From: a virus
Taxonomy: Duplodnaviria; Caudoviricetes
DNA length: 62,325 nt
IMG/VR virus record: IMGVR_UViG_3300044676_003050
Location: 1 to 62,325 of that record
Reading direction: 5' to 3' (one strand)
Notes under the pieces: generated by a model
Database searches by the model: none
The model's input: the letters and a program-made list of their open reading frames with translations, nothing else
Told to the model about the DNA's origin: nothing
Made by a program: the position numbers and the translations under genes
Shown here: positions 9,318-19,083 of the stretch, in pieces
Layout of the letters: every line of letters begins with the position of its first letter
How positions within the stretch are numbered: the first letter of the stretch is position 1

Positions 9318-10030
9318 TAGGGTAATCCGTGTGTCTTATCTGTAGGTAGCTTTGAGTATCTGATAGTTGATGCGTGATGCCTCATGAACTTTTCTTTTGC
9401 TGTATACCAACCTTCTCGCATCTGACCTGGAGACTCATGCATAGCAATTATAGGCACGACATAGTTAGAAAAACCATCTAAATGTGCTTTGTAGGTCATG
9501 TGGATGTCGTAGAAGTCCCATCCAGTCTCAAGGTATTCTGGCTCGTCAATACCAATCTTCTTAAGATTTTCATAGGTGATAGCAAGAAAACAACCATCAA
9601 GAACCACTACCTGACCAGACTTACCAAAGTAATTAGGCATCATGGTCTCTGCTTTCTGTCCTTGGAATACAAACCCACGAGCATCATTTGTGCTTCTGGC
9701 ATTCCACCAAGCACCATCATGAGGGAGGTAGGTGCTGCCAGCAATACCTACAAAGCCAACATTAGGCTTTCTGGCGATCTCTAAATACTTAAGTAGATCT
9801 TCTTGGTTAGAAATGATATCAATGTCATCATGACACAAAACTATAATATCATTATCTTCCATATTTAAGGTCTTAAAGAACTCTATATTCTTCTTATGAC
9901 CTTCATAAATAGAAGGAGCATCATAAGTAATATTAATTCTAGTAAACTCATTACGGTTAGAATAGTTAATAAGTTTAGCTAAAGAGTTAGGTTGTTTACC
10001 TGTTCTACTACAAACAGAAAAATATATCAT
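9317..10030 (-). CDS. GT-A fold glycosyltransferase-like protein (Glyco_tranf_2_5-like), probable start MIYFSVCSR
   Basis: N-terminal xIxFxVCSR strand, IIVLCHDD (DxD-like), VGFVGIAG, VVVLDGCFLA, WDFYDI, HxSxG. Confidence 0.8.
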   Translation of the reverse strand: MIYFSVCSRTGKQPNSLAKLINYSNRNEFTRINITYDAPSIYEGHKKNIEFFKTLNMEDNDIIVLCHDDIDIISNQEDLLKYLEIARKPNVGFVGIAGSTYLPHDGAWWNARSTNDARGFVFQGQKAETMMPNYFGKSGQVVVLDGCFLAITYENLKKIGIDEPEYLETGWDFYDIHMTYKAHLDGFSNYVVPIIAMHESPGQMREGWYTAKEKFMRHHASTIRYSKLPTDKTHGLP

Positions 10031-11594
10031 GAATAATAATAGCGAAGACCTGGAGCACATCGCAGAGGAATTTAAGAAATGTTCTCGTAGTTGCGAATAT
10101 TTTACAAACAATTACATCAAGGTCGTTCACCCAATGCGTGGAATGGTAAACTTTAAACTTTACCCCTTCCAGTCACGTATCCTTGATGAGTTCCAAGATT
10201 ATCGACTAACTATCCTTCGTAAGTTTAGACAAGCTGGCTGCACAACATTGATGGCAGCTTATGCGTTACACTTTTGCATCTTTGGTACAAACAAGAGAGT
10301 TGCTGTATTGTCTAAAGGTGATGCAGAAGCAAAGGAAGTTATCTCTCGTATCAAGATCATGTATGAAGAGTTACCGTTCTGGATGAAGCCCAAGACTACC
10401 AGAGACAATGACCACACGCTGTCATTTGAAAATGGATCATCTATTCAGTCCAAGGCTTCAGGCAAGCAGTCTGGACGCTCTATTTCGGCCTCTCTGCTCA
10501 TCTTAGATGAGGCGGCATTCATTGAGCACATTGATACGATTTGGGCTGCTGTAGGCCCTACAACGTCCACTGGTGGCCGTGTAGTGTGTTTGTCCACGGT
10601 TAACGGTATTGGTAACTGGTTCCACAAGATGTATACGCAGGCGATGGAAGGTGACAACGGATTCCACCCCATTGACATCAAATGGCAGGAACACCCAGAA
10701 TATAAAAGGCACCAAGGCTTTGAATGGCTTTACGAACAAATGGAGTCCTGTAATCCTCCAATCAATGTAGACAAGTGGGAAGAGCAAACTCGCCGCAAAC
10801 ACAGTTACAAAGAGTGGCTACAGGAATATGAGGCTAGCTTCTTAGGCACAGGTGAGACTTATATTGAGGGTGAGATTCTTCGTAATCTAAAAGAAAACTG
10901 TAATAAAGATTACTGGATCAAATATAACAACCGTATGCGTATTTGGGAAGATCCACAACCTAACCACGAATATGTCTTAGCTGCTGACCCATCAATTGGT
11001 CGTGAACGTGATTACTCAGCTTTCCACATCATCGACATCTATAATGGTAAACAGGTGGCTGAGTTCTACTCTAACAGGACGCCTATCAATGAGTTCGCTA
11101 AAATCATAGCAGATGAGGCTAGACTTTACAACACTGCATTTGTGTGTCCTGAGCGGAATGGAATCGGCAACAACTTGATTTACTTCCTTCAGCAGGAGTT
11201 TGAGTATGAGAATCTGGTGATGGACGACAAACGAGAGATCGGAATTATGATTACACAGAAAAATAAAGAGACTTTATTAGCCGATCTCGAACACAATATT
11301 AGGTCAGGTAAAGTTTTAATTAGTTCGGACAGATTGGTCAACGAGCTTTTAACTTTCATTATTGATCCTGAGACGGGTAAGGTTAAGCCTGATACTAACT
11401 GTCATGACGATTTAATTATGTCCTTTGCTGCTGCTATTAACATTTTTAATAACTTAAGAGGCAATGCTTACATAGAAAAGGCAGAAGATGATACTTATAT
11501 CCCACCAGCCATCCGTAACGCTCATACATATAAGTTGAAGACATCTACGCAAGGTCTAACAGAAGAGAAACTTGAATGGCTGCTAAGAAATTAA
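10029..11594 (+). CDS. gp17: Large terminase subunit (T4 gp17-like)
   Basis: YF..NYIKV.HP..G...F.LYPFQ, Walker A RKFRQAGCTT, Walker B LLILDEAAFI, LSTVNG, RNase H-like AADPS...DYSA...HDDLIM. Confidence 0.96.
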   Translation: MNNNSEDLEHIAEEFKKCSRSCEYFTNNYIKVVHPMRGMVNFKLYPFQSRILDEFQDYRLTILRKFRQAGCTTLMAAYALHFCIFGTNKRVAVLSKGDAEAKEVISRIKIMYEELPFWMKPKTTRDNDHTLSFENGSSIQSKASGKQSGRSISASLLILDEAAFIEHIDTIWAAVGPTTSTGGRVVCLSTVNGIGNWFHKMYTQAMEGDNGFHPIDIKWQEHPEYKRHQGFEWLYEQMESCNPPINVDKWEEQTRRKHSYKEWLQEYEASFLGTGETYIEGEILRNLKENCNKDYWIKYNNRMRIWEDPQPNHEYVLAADPSIGRERDYSAFHIIDIYNGKQVAEFYSNRTPINEFAKIIADEARLYNTAFVCPERNGIGNNLIYFLQQEFEYENLVMDDKREIGIMITQKNKETLLADLEHNIRSGKVLISSDRLVNELLTFIIDPETGKVKPDTNCHDDLIMSFAAAINIFNNLRGNAYIEKAEDDTYIPPAIRNAHTYKLKTSTQGLTEEKLEWLLRN

Positions 11595-13393
11595 GAGAAG
11601 GTGGTGAAGGATATACGCAGTTTGCAGACCCGATGCAACCGTATAACAAGCCCTACGGGCTCATAGGAAGATTCTTTAAGAAGTTCTTCTCTCGCGAAGT
11701 TGAGGATCATCCTGATTACAAGATCCAAGATCCTGTTACCAAGAGAAGGATTGATCCACCTCGTCCACTTCAAGGCGACACTGTTCAGTCGAAGGATATT
11801 ATCAAGGTTCCTTCAGAGTTTGGTCACAAGAAAACTTACTACCCAATCCTGCCTCAAATTGAGTTTGATCGCAAGAAGCGATACAAAGAATATGAGGATA
11901 TGGATGGATACCCGGAGATCTCGTCCGCATTCGACATTTATAGCGATGACTGCACGCAGGAGAACATTGACGGCACAGCATGGGATATTGTTACTGACGA
12001 TGAGATGACTAAGTCTGAGGTTGAGAACATGTTTGAGCAAGTTAACATGACTCGCTACCTTTGGGACATCTCTAGAAACGTTGTTAAATATGGTGACATC
12101 TTCCTTGAGACGATTGTTGACCTTAACAACATTAAGCGTGGTATTCAGCGCATTAAGATTCTCAACCCTAACTTTATCTTCCGTGTTGAAGATGAGTTTG
12201 GTTACCTGAAGCAGTTCTTACAGGAGATCCCTGAAAAGAATGATTGGTCTACTTATGGTTCGGTTGGTCCTTACTTAGATGACTCTCGTATCATTAACTT
12301 AGATCCCGGCCAGATTGTTCACTTTAGACTTCACACCTCTGACCCGACACACTATCCCTACGGTAAGTCGGTTGCTGCGGCTGCTAGAGTGACCTATAAG
12401 AGCCTTAAGATGATGGAAGATGCGATGCTCATCTATCGTCTTGTGCGTGCTCCTGAACGTCGTATCTTCTACATTGATACGGGTTCGCTGCCTGCTTCTA
12501 AGGCTGAGATGCATATCAAGAAGCAGATGGATAAGTTTAAGAAGCGTAAGAGCTACAACTCGCAAACGGGTAACATTGAAGAAAACTTCAATGCATTAGC
12601 TGCTGACGAAGACTTCTACATTGCTGTAAATGGTAAGGGCACTGGCACTAAGATTGATACATTACCGGGTGCTGAAAACCTTGGTGAGGTTGACGATGTG
12701 AAATACTTTAGAGATAAGTTGCTTGCTGCACTTAAGATTCCGAAGGATTACATCGTTGAGAAAGATCAATCACCTGAGCGTAAAGCTAACCTGTCGCAGC
12801 TTGATGTTAAGTTTGCCAGAGTTATCACCAGAATCCAAAAGTCGATTGAGCTTGGTTTAGAGACTATTGCTAAGAGACACTTAATGCTTAAGGGTTTCCC
12901 AACCACACTTATCTCTAAACTTAAGATTAAACTTCCCGCTCCTTCCGACATGGCTCTCAAGCGAATGCTTGATACTGATGAGCAGAAGGCTCGTGTTGTC
13001 CAGGCTGTTAAAGGTCTTATGATCTTCCCAATGGAGAAAATTTACAAGGATTACTATCAGATGTCTGACAGTGAGATTGAGGAAGCCAAGAAGGGTCTTG
13101 AGCAGGATCAGAAGGATCCGGTCTTTGGCCAGATGATGATGGCTCCTGGCATGATGCCTCCAGGTGGGGCTCCAATGGGTGATCCTATGGCTGGTGATAT
13201 GGGACAACCCCCAGGGCCTCCTATGGAATCGGCTGAGAACACACCCCCAACTGCTGCTGAATCTTTAGATTACAACTCTATGAAATCTCTTGCCATAGAG
13301 TCTGGTTGTGATGATGAATTGATCAAACTGCTTGAAGAGATGAGTGAGAAACAGCATTTTAATAAAATAACCCCGAAAGACGGGGCTAAATAA
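11576..13393 (+). CDS. gp20: Portal protein (T4 gp20-like)
   Basis: PEISSAFDIYSDD, LKMMEDAMLIYRLVRAPERRIFYIDTG, IDTLPG, DDVKYFRDKL..ALKIP. Confidence 0.97.
   Translation: MAAKKLREGGEGYTQFADPMQPYNKPYGLIGRFFKKFFSREVEDHPDYKIQDPVTKRRIDPPRPLQGDTVQSKDIIKVPSEFGHKKTYYPILPQIEFDRKKRYKEYEDMDGYPEISSAFDIYSDDCTQENIDGTAWDIVTDDEMTKSEVENMFEQVNMTRYLWDISRNVVKYGDIFLETIVDLNNIKRGIQRIKILNPNFIFRVEDEFGYLKQFLQEIPEKNDWSTYGSVGPYLDDSRIINLDPGQIVHFRLHTSDPTHYPYGKSVAAAARVTYKSLKMMEDAMLIYRLVRAPERRIFYIDTGSLPASKAEMHIKKQMDKFKKRKSYNSQTGNIEENFNALAADEDFYIAVNGKGTGTKIDTLPGAENLGEVDDVKYFRDKLLAALKIPKDYIVEKDQSPERKANLSQLDVKFARVITRIQKSIELGLETIAKRHLMLKGFPTTLISKLKIKLPAPSDMALKRMLDTDEQKARVVQAVKGLMIFPMEKIYKDYYQMSDSEIEEAKKGLEQDQKDPVFGQMMMAPGMMPPGGAPMGDPMAGDMGQPPGPPMESAENTPPTAAESLDYNSMKSLAIESGCDDELIKLLEEMSEKQHFNKITPKDGAK
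13386..13392 (+). promoter_or_regulatory. Putative late promoter CTAAATA
   Basis: T4-late-like box overlapping the portal stop, 23 nt before ATG 13416. Confidence 0.5.
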
Positions 13394-13415
13394 TTTTGGA
13401 ACAAGTATATTTATT

Positions 13416-15218
13416 ATGTTAACGAATCTGATTGAAAATCGTGGAAAAGAGTTTAGTAACCTGATCAAGATTGGTGATTACTTAGCTCGTACTCTGAGAG
13501 AGAATGTTGAACTGTTCTCTGTTGAGGATGGTGTTGCAACCTACCTGACCGAGAATGGTTCGGTGATTAGTGGTAAGTATGCTTTCAAGCCGACTTTAAA
13601 GCTGACTAAGATTGTGGTAGAGGATGCTGATGTTCTCAACAACAAGAAAGCGTTTGAGGAAGCTACCGATAAGAAGGTGCTGAATGTCCTCTCGAACCTG
13701 ATGGAAGACGATTACCAGTCGGCTGAGGGTTCGTTTGATAAGATCCTTTCGATGTATGAGACTAAGCTCACCTACGAAAGAATCAAGAACAGACTCGAAG
13801 AGAAGACTCAAAGATTTGGTGAGTCCACTAAGATCACCTCCTCGAAGGAGTTCCAACGTGTCAATGAGATTAGAGATCAGTTAGTGACATTCCTTAAGGA
13901 AAATGAGGAGATGCTGCAATCGACTGGTATGAAGACTGGTATGAAGCTTGTCAACCTTGTTTCGACTAGCTTTGATCTGCCTAAGAGAACAGTCGATCAG
14001 ATTCAAGAGGCAAAGGAAATCGAAGTTAAGTTTGTTGGTAAGACCAACCTTTACGAGCACCTTTGCAGAAAGGAGCTTATCCAGAAAGAACTGCTCGAAG
14101 CCAAGCAAAACTTCGATAACATCTGGATTGACAGCAACAGCGTTCAAGATCTCGCTTCGATGATCTTTGAGAGTGATACTGATTCGGTTCGTCACCAAGT
14201 TGCTCAAACAATCTCGGACGCTCCTTACCTCGCTTTGGCGACTAAGAAGCAGATCACCAATCTGTTACATAACTCGTTGTCGATGAATGAGATTAGAACT
14301 TCGCAAAAGGATCTTAACAAGTTTGCTGGTAAGATCTACGAGATGAAGAAGCCGATCAAGCAATACGTTCTGGATGTCCTGAATGAGAAGTATGGCATCG
14401 ACGTTCGTAAGCTTGATGAGGTTCCGACTTTCAGAACGCTGGCTATGACTGAAGGTGAAATCCTCGCTCAGATTGCGAAGCACGCTCCTACGGGTTCGAT
14501 TATTGAGAAGACGTTAATGGAGTTTGTTAACACACTGCAAACAAAGAATGGCGCTGAGTCGATTGATCTCGCTGTTTTCCTTGAGGAGCTTTTCCAAGAT
14601 GCGGGTCATGGCGATACGCTGAATGAAGCTAACCTTATGGATTACATGGACTTTACAAAGGTTGCTGATGATCTTGGTAAGATTGGTGATGTGTTAAAGA
14701 TGCTTGTCCCTGCTGTTGAAACTGCTGCCGATCAAGTCCAAGATCATGGTCAGGATATGGAAGGTATGGAAGGCGATGAAGAAGGTCCTGAGGAGCCTTT
14801 AGGTAGTCCTGATGATATGGACAGCGATCAAGAAGCTGGCATGGAGGAGCCTAATATGGACGCCGAGCAAGCCGCTGAAGAAGTGAAGGGTGAAGTCGCT
14901 GATGAAGAGGCTGCTGCTGCTGAAGGTGGCGAAGAAATGCCTGAGGAAATGCCTGAGGAAGAGCCTGAGGGTGAAGAAGAGATGGGTGAAGAGGAGCCCA
15001 TGGAAGATGAAGGCGAAGAAGAGCCTGAAGAAATGGAGCAAGATGATTTAACTTCTCTTCTTTCTAAACTCGAAGATTTGTTAGCTGATATTAAGCCTGA
15101 TGAAGAAGAAGGTGAGGAAGAGCCGGAAGGAGACTTTGAAGACGAAGAAGAAGACGAAGAAGAAGAGGAAGAAGACGAAGATGAGGAAGAGGAAGATCCT
15201 GAGCAATACAAGACGTAA
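13416..15218 (+). CDS. Putative prohead core/scaffold-like protein (600 aa) with long Glu/Asp-rich tail
   Basis: Follows the portal; helical body; L-x-E sites (NLIE, TLNE); last ~160 aa extremely acidic. Confidence 0.55.
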   Translation: MLTNLIENRGKEFSNLIKIGDYLARTLRENVELFSVEDGVATYLTENGSVISGKYAFKPTLKLTKIVVEDADVLNNKKAFEEATDKKVLNVLSNLMEDDYQSAEGSFDKILSMYETKLTYERIKNRLEEKTQRFGESTKITSSKEFQRVNEIRDQLVTFLKENEEMLQSTGMKTGMKLVNLVSTSFDLPKRTVDQIQEAKEIEVKFVGKTNLYEHLCRKELIQKELLEAKQNFDNIWIDSNSVQDLASMIFESDTDSVRHQVAQTISDAPYLALATKKQITNLLHNSLSMNEIRTSQKDLNKFAGKIYEMKKPIKQYVLDVLNEKYGIDVRKLDEVPTFRTLAMTEGEILAQIAKHAPTGSIIEKTLMEFVNTLQTKNGAESIDLAVFLEELFQDAGHGDTLNEANLMDYMDFTKVADDLGKIGDVLKMLVPAVETAADQVQDHGQDMEGMEGDEEGPEEPLGSPDDMDSDQEAGMEEPNMDAEQAAEEVKGEVADEEAAAAEGGEEMPEEMPEEEPEGEEEMGEEEPMEDEGEEEPEEMEQDDLTSLLSKLEDLLADIKPDEEEGEEEPEGDFEDEEEDEEEEEEDEDEEEEDPEQYKT

Positions 15219-15228
15219 GGAGGCGTAA

Positions 15229-17433
15229 ATGGGTTACAACAAAATACCTCTTGCGCTTAGATACAACGACACTACTAACAATGCAGAGGGTCTGATTGAG
15301 TTTCAGCTTAACCTCAGCGATGTAGGTGATGTGTGCTCTTCTACTCCTAGTCAGGGTCAGGGGTTAGTTTGGAGTGGTGGTTCTGATGGGTCTTGGTGTC
15401 CGTCTACTTTACCTGCTGGTGGTGGTGGAGGAACTCCCACTCTCCCAACAGGTGACCCTGGCGATCTCCTTATAAATACTGGTGGAACCACTTACCTTGC
15501 TAGTGCTGCATCTGATGCAGGTATAATGCAGCTTGATCCTTATTTTGATGCTAATGATGAGGGCGCTATTGCACAGTGGGATGGCACTAAGTTAGAGGTT
15601 AAGTTTCCTGACCAGCTATACATGCTGGTTGAAGCTGGCGAAGATCTTTCAAAGGGTGACGTTGTTTATGTGACAGGGGACACGGGGACTGGCAGATTCA
15701 TAGTTGCAAAAGCCGATGCTAGTAATTCAAATAAGATGCCCGCAGTGGGGCTAGTTCCCGCAGCTATATCTAATGGAAATAATGGTAAAATCGTATCCTT
15801 CGGAAGAGCCATAGGTCTTAATACTGACGGTATGGCCGTTGGGAAGCCAGTCTATGTTGCCACCACTGCTGGGGGTATAACTAAGGATAAGCCAACAGGA
15901 GCTACGGACCTGATTCAGAACATCGGAATCGTGTCTGTTGTTGACGCTACCAATGGTGTCATTAAAGTAACAGGTGTTGGTAGATCCAACGACATTCCCA
16001 ATAACTTAGATGTTGTAGGTAGTGCTACTATTGGTACTAATGAGTTTACGCAGACAACTGCCAAGCTTGCAAACGTTGATGCTAACCATATCCTGATATC
16101 AACGACGACGAGTGCTACCTCTAGTGTTGCTTCTGCTACTTTGTTTAGTCAGGGGATTACTGACAATAATATTGTAACGTCCGTTAACTCTCAGGCAGGC
16201 CCCACTGTAACTTTAGATGCAGATGATATTGGGGATACGACCACAACTAACAAGTTTGCTACTCAAGCACAATTAGATAAGGTTGATTACTTATCGGTTA
16301 CCGCTCCTATTAATTTAAACAGCATTCCCGCTGGAAACCTAGCGCAGACTTACATACAGGATACCGACAATACCGTAACCCCCACCAACCTAGATTCAAC
16401 TATTAATGCTCAGTATGACATACCTTATAGATCAACAGGCAACACGTTTACTCATGCTACTGCAACGTCTCAATCCGTAAACTTTTTAGGAACACAGGCT
16501 AACTTAGGTAACTTAACTGATGTATCCGTAGAGAGTGCAACGGAAGGTCAATCATTAGTTTTCTCAGCAGGGGAGGCCAACGCCTGGATTGCTTCTACTT
16601 TAGACACAGGTGCAGGTTTCGTAGACGGTCCGACTGTATCATCAACCTTCTCTTCAATCGAAGTGGATGATATTAAGGTTAATAGGCTTCTTGAAAGCAG
16701 ACCTACTTGTATTACTCACTTTTCTGACTGGTTAAGTTTGGATGTTCGCAACAATGGATATTCTCCTTCTTTAGCTGGGGGCGCATCACATGTTCAAGAC
16801 TCAAACCTAGTTACGATGAACACTACCGAGTATGGTATAGGTGTTACTCGTTTGAAGTCCGGTACAACCGGTAATGCTCAATCGAGAATAATGACTTATG
16901 ACGCTGCTGTAGCCCCAAGCACTTGCGGAGTTTCTTTTGCTGCAAGGGTTTGCCCTAGTGGTGCTTGGACTAGCGGAACTAATGAAGGTGTGATAACAAT
17001 GGGTCTTCACAACAAATCTAATACTGCTAACGAACACCCTAACGCAGGGGCATGGTTTCAATACGACCATAGTAGCTCTAATTGGCAAGCAATAACTGGA
17101 TGGTTTACCGTATCCTCAAATACGGATACGGGTATTTCTGCTACGCCAGAATCTTTCCAAGTCTTGCAGATAATGATTGATGAGAATTGGGAAACTTTTG
17201 AGTTCTATATTAATGGCAGTTCGGTGGCCACTCACTTAATAAGCACACATAATGTTCCAACTTCAAGTAGGTATGGATTTACATTTAGTGTCAGGAATGG
17301 AAGCCTAGCTGGGCCAGCGTCTTTTACAACAGTTGGAAATGAATTATTTCTAGATTGGGATTATCGGAAACTAACCCATACGGCGACTGACCGGGGTGAG
17401 AGTTATATTAAGAAGACGTTGTCTGGGGAGTAA
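15229..17433 (+). CDS. Virion fibre/decoration-like protein (734 aa)
   Basis: LSDVGDV...GQGLVW and LTDV...GQSLVF fibre repeats, AGEDLSKGDVVYV...AKADAS..MPAVG domain, VTSVN..G..VTL motif, C-terminal ConA/LamG-like beta-sandwich; strong SD GGAGG. Confidence 0.65.
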   Translation: MGYNKIPLALRYNDTTNNAEGLIEFQLNLSDVGDVCSSTPSQGQGLVWSGGSDGSWCPSTLPAGGGGGTPTLPTGDPGDLLINTGGTTYLASAASDAGIMQLDPYFDANDEGAIAQWDGTKLEVKFPDQLYMLVEAGEDLSKGDVVYVTGDTGTGRFIVAKADASNSNKMPAVGLVPAAISNGNNGKIVSFGRAIGLNTDGMAVGKPVYVATTAGGITKDKPTGATDLIQNIGIVSVVDATNGVIKVTGVGRSNDIPNNLDVVGSATIGTNEFTQTTAKLANVDANHILISTTTSATSSVASATLFSQGITDNNIVTSVNSQAGPTVTLDADDIGDTTTTNKFATQAQLDKVDYLSVTAPINLNSIPAGNLAQTYIQDTDNTVTPTNLDSTINAQYDIPYRSTGNTFTHATATSQSVNFLGTQANLGNLTDVSVESATEGQSLVFSAGEANAWIASTLDTGAGFVDGPTVSSTFSSIEVDDIKVNRLLESRPTCITHFSDWLSLDVRNNGYSPSLAGGASHVQDSNLVTMNTTEYGIGVTRLKSGTTGNAQSRIMTYDAAVAPSTCGVSFAARVCPSGAWTSGTNEGVITMGLHNKSNTANEHPNAGAWFQYDHSSSNWQAITGWFTVSSNTDTGISATPESFQVLQIMIDENWETFEFYINGSSVATHLISTHNVPTSSRYGFTFSVRNGSLAGPASFTTVGNELFLDWDYRKLTHTATDRGESYIKKTLSGE

Positions 17434-17679
17434 TTACCCTAGTAGCATATCACCGCGCTTGAGAGAGTTGAATAGGCGAGTATAGAACAACTCACGCAAG
17501 GAATCTAACTCTCTCATTACGCTGTTCAGATTACGCAGTGTAGCCTCTGAAATCTTGTCACCGTCTTTGATTGCCTTGAGCGTATCTACGCAGCCATCAA
17601 TCATATTTTGCTGATCTTTTGTAATCTTGTTGATCGTATCGACCTGTGCTTCTTTAGTTAATATTTCAGAATCGGACAT
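17434..17679 (-). CDS. Small helical protein downstream of uvsW (UvsW.1 position)
   Basis: GAGG SD before ATG 17679; overlaps the uvsW 3' end; assignment by position only. Confidence 0.6.
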   Translation of the reverse strand: MSDSEILTKEAQVDTINKITKDQQNMIDGCVDTLKAIKDGDKISEATLRNLNSVMRELDSLRELFYTRLFNSLKRGDMLLG

Positions 17680-19048
17680 TGTGAACCTCAAACTTTAATG
17701 TTTCGTAGTGGTGTATTCTTTGCTTGGAGTGATTCTCAAGGTATGGCATACGGTCGTAGAAGTCATAGAAATACATCTCGTCTTTCCCCTTCGCTTTACG
17801 AATACCTCGACCTAAACCCTGCAATGTTGGAACTTCACCAGATAATCCTCTAGCATTGATCATATGACTGATCTCGTCAATACTGATACCAGTCTGCATG
17901 ACGTTTGTTCCTACAATGGTAGCAGGTTTATCATCCTTTACAAATTTGTTAATGATATCATATCTACTGTCGATATCATCTTTACCCTCAATAGTGTAGC
18001 AGTTGTCGATTCTCTGTTGTAGATTTTCTACATGTTGCAAGTTCTTTACAAGTATGAGGATCTTAGCCTTAGGATTAGACTGGTATACTTTTGATACAAT
18101 TGTCTTGATCTTGTCGTTGCGCCTATCACAGTTTACGATATACTCTTCGTATATCTCAAGGTAGGAGAGGTCGTCAGGCACAGAGGAGACTGGAGTGTTA
18201 TCAACAACCTGAATGATGGGCTTTGCAAGGGCACCATCCTTGATTAGATCCTCTGCTGTGCGTGTCGTGTATACAGGGCCGAATGCGCCCTCTAGGACCA
18301 TCCTAGCGTTGATATCTTTTGCCTTCTCCCTTGGAGGGGTGGCAGTGAATGCGAGCCTGTAGGAGGCGTTAGGGAAGCTCTCAACGGCTGCTATGGTGGT
18401 CTCTCCCTTGCAGAACTGATGGGCCTCGTCAACCATAAGCAAATCAGCTTGTAGGTGTGTATCCACTATACGTTCAATACTTTGAACTGTGGATAACATG
18501 ATTTTTCCTTCAATAAATCCTTCACCTGAATTGTATCCGAGATCACGGATACCGCATCGCTTGAAGAACTCGTAAGTCTGGTTGAGGATACCCTTCTCTC
18601 GGAACAAGACAACTGCTGTAATATCCTTATCGTGTTGTAAGGCAGCAATACAACCTGCCATAATGAGAGTCTTACCAGAACCCGTAGGGCTGTCTACGAT
18701 AGCCCTACGCCTCTTAAGACACTGATAGATAGCCTTTTTCTGATACTCACGATACTCAAAGTTACCGACTGAAGGAATAAAGGGTTCTTGCTCTTCAGGT
18801 TTGTTTTCCCATTCAATGTCAGTTGCTCCAATCTCATTGAGATCTGCTACAATACGTCTAAGCAAACCAGTTCTAAACTTACCGTTAGCTCCGAAGTATC
18901 TTTTCTTCCCATCCCATGTCTTCCTTTTGTAAGCAGTAGAGTATTGGTAGCCTGGGACTGAGAAAGCATACTTATTTCTCAGAGCGGATATTATCTTAGG
19001 GTTATCTGTTTCTAGGGTAGACGTTAAATTACCTACTACTATCTTCAT
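17666..19048 (-). CDS. uvsW: SF2 DNA helicase, UvsW-like
   Basis: YREYQ Q-motif, SPTGSGKT, DEAH, FTATP, TGISI, QGLGRGIR, HS..R...Y. Confidence 0.92.
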   Translation of the reverse strand: MKIVVGNLTSTLETDNPKIISALRNKYAFSVPGYQYSTAYKRKTWDGKKRYFGANGKFRTGLLRRIVADLNEIGATDIEWENKPEEQEPFIPSVGNFEYREYQKKAIYQCLKRRRAIVDSPTGSGKTLIMAGCIAALQHDKDITAVVLFREKGILNQTYEFFKRCGIRDLGYNSGEGFIEGKIMLSTVQSIERIVDTHLQADLLMVDEAHQFCKGETTIAAVESFPNASYRLAFTATPPREKAKDINARMVLEGAFGPVYTTRTAEDLIKDGALAKPIIQVVDNTPVSSVPDDLSYLEIYEEYIVNCDRRNDKIKTIVSKVYQSNPKAKILILVKNLQHVENLQQRIDNCYTIEGKDDIDSRYDIINKFVKDDKPATIVGTNVMQTGISIDEISHMINARGLSGEVPTLQGLGRGIRKAKGKDEMYFYDFYDRMPYLENHSKQRIHHYETLKFEVHNVRF

Positions 19049-19065
19049 ATACTATAATAGTATTA
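19049..19065. promoter_or_regulatory. Divergent promoter region with near-palindrome ATACTAT-A-ATAGTAT
   Basis: 35-nt gap between uvsW and the gp26-like gene; TATAAT on plus strand; TAATACTATT on minus strand 7 nt before the uvsW ATG. Confidence 0.55.
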
Positions 19066-19083
19066 TCACAACAAAGGTGTAAT

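Noticed and set aside
14828-15211. Ser-rich minus-strand ORF (also 54145-54366)
   Set aside because: Antisense shadow of GAA/GAG/GAC-rich acidic tails
10029-19048. Inteins or introns in terminase, portal or helicase
   Set aside because: Lengths are normal and motifs contiguous; only a short (~20 aa) insertion after WQEHP in terminase
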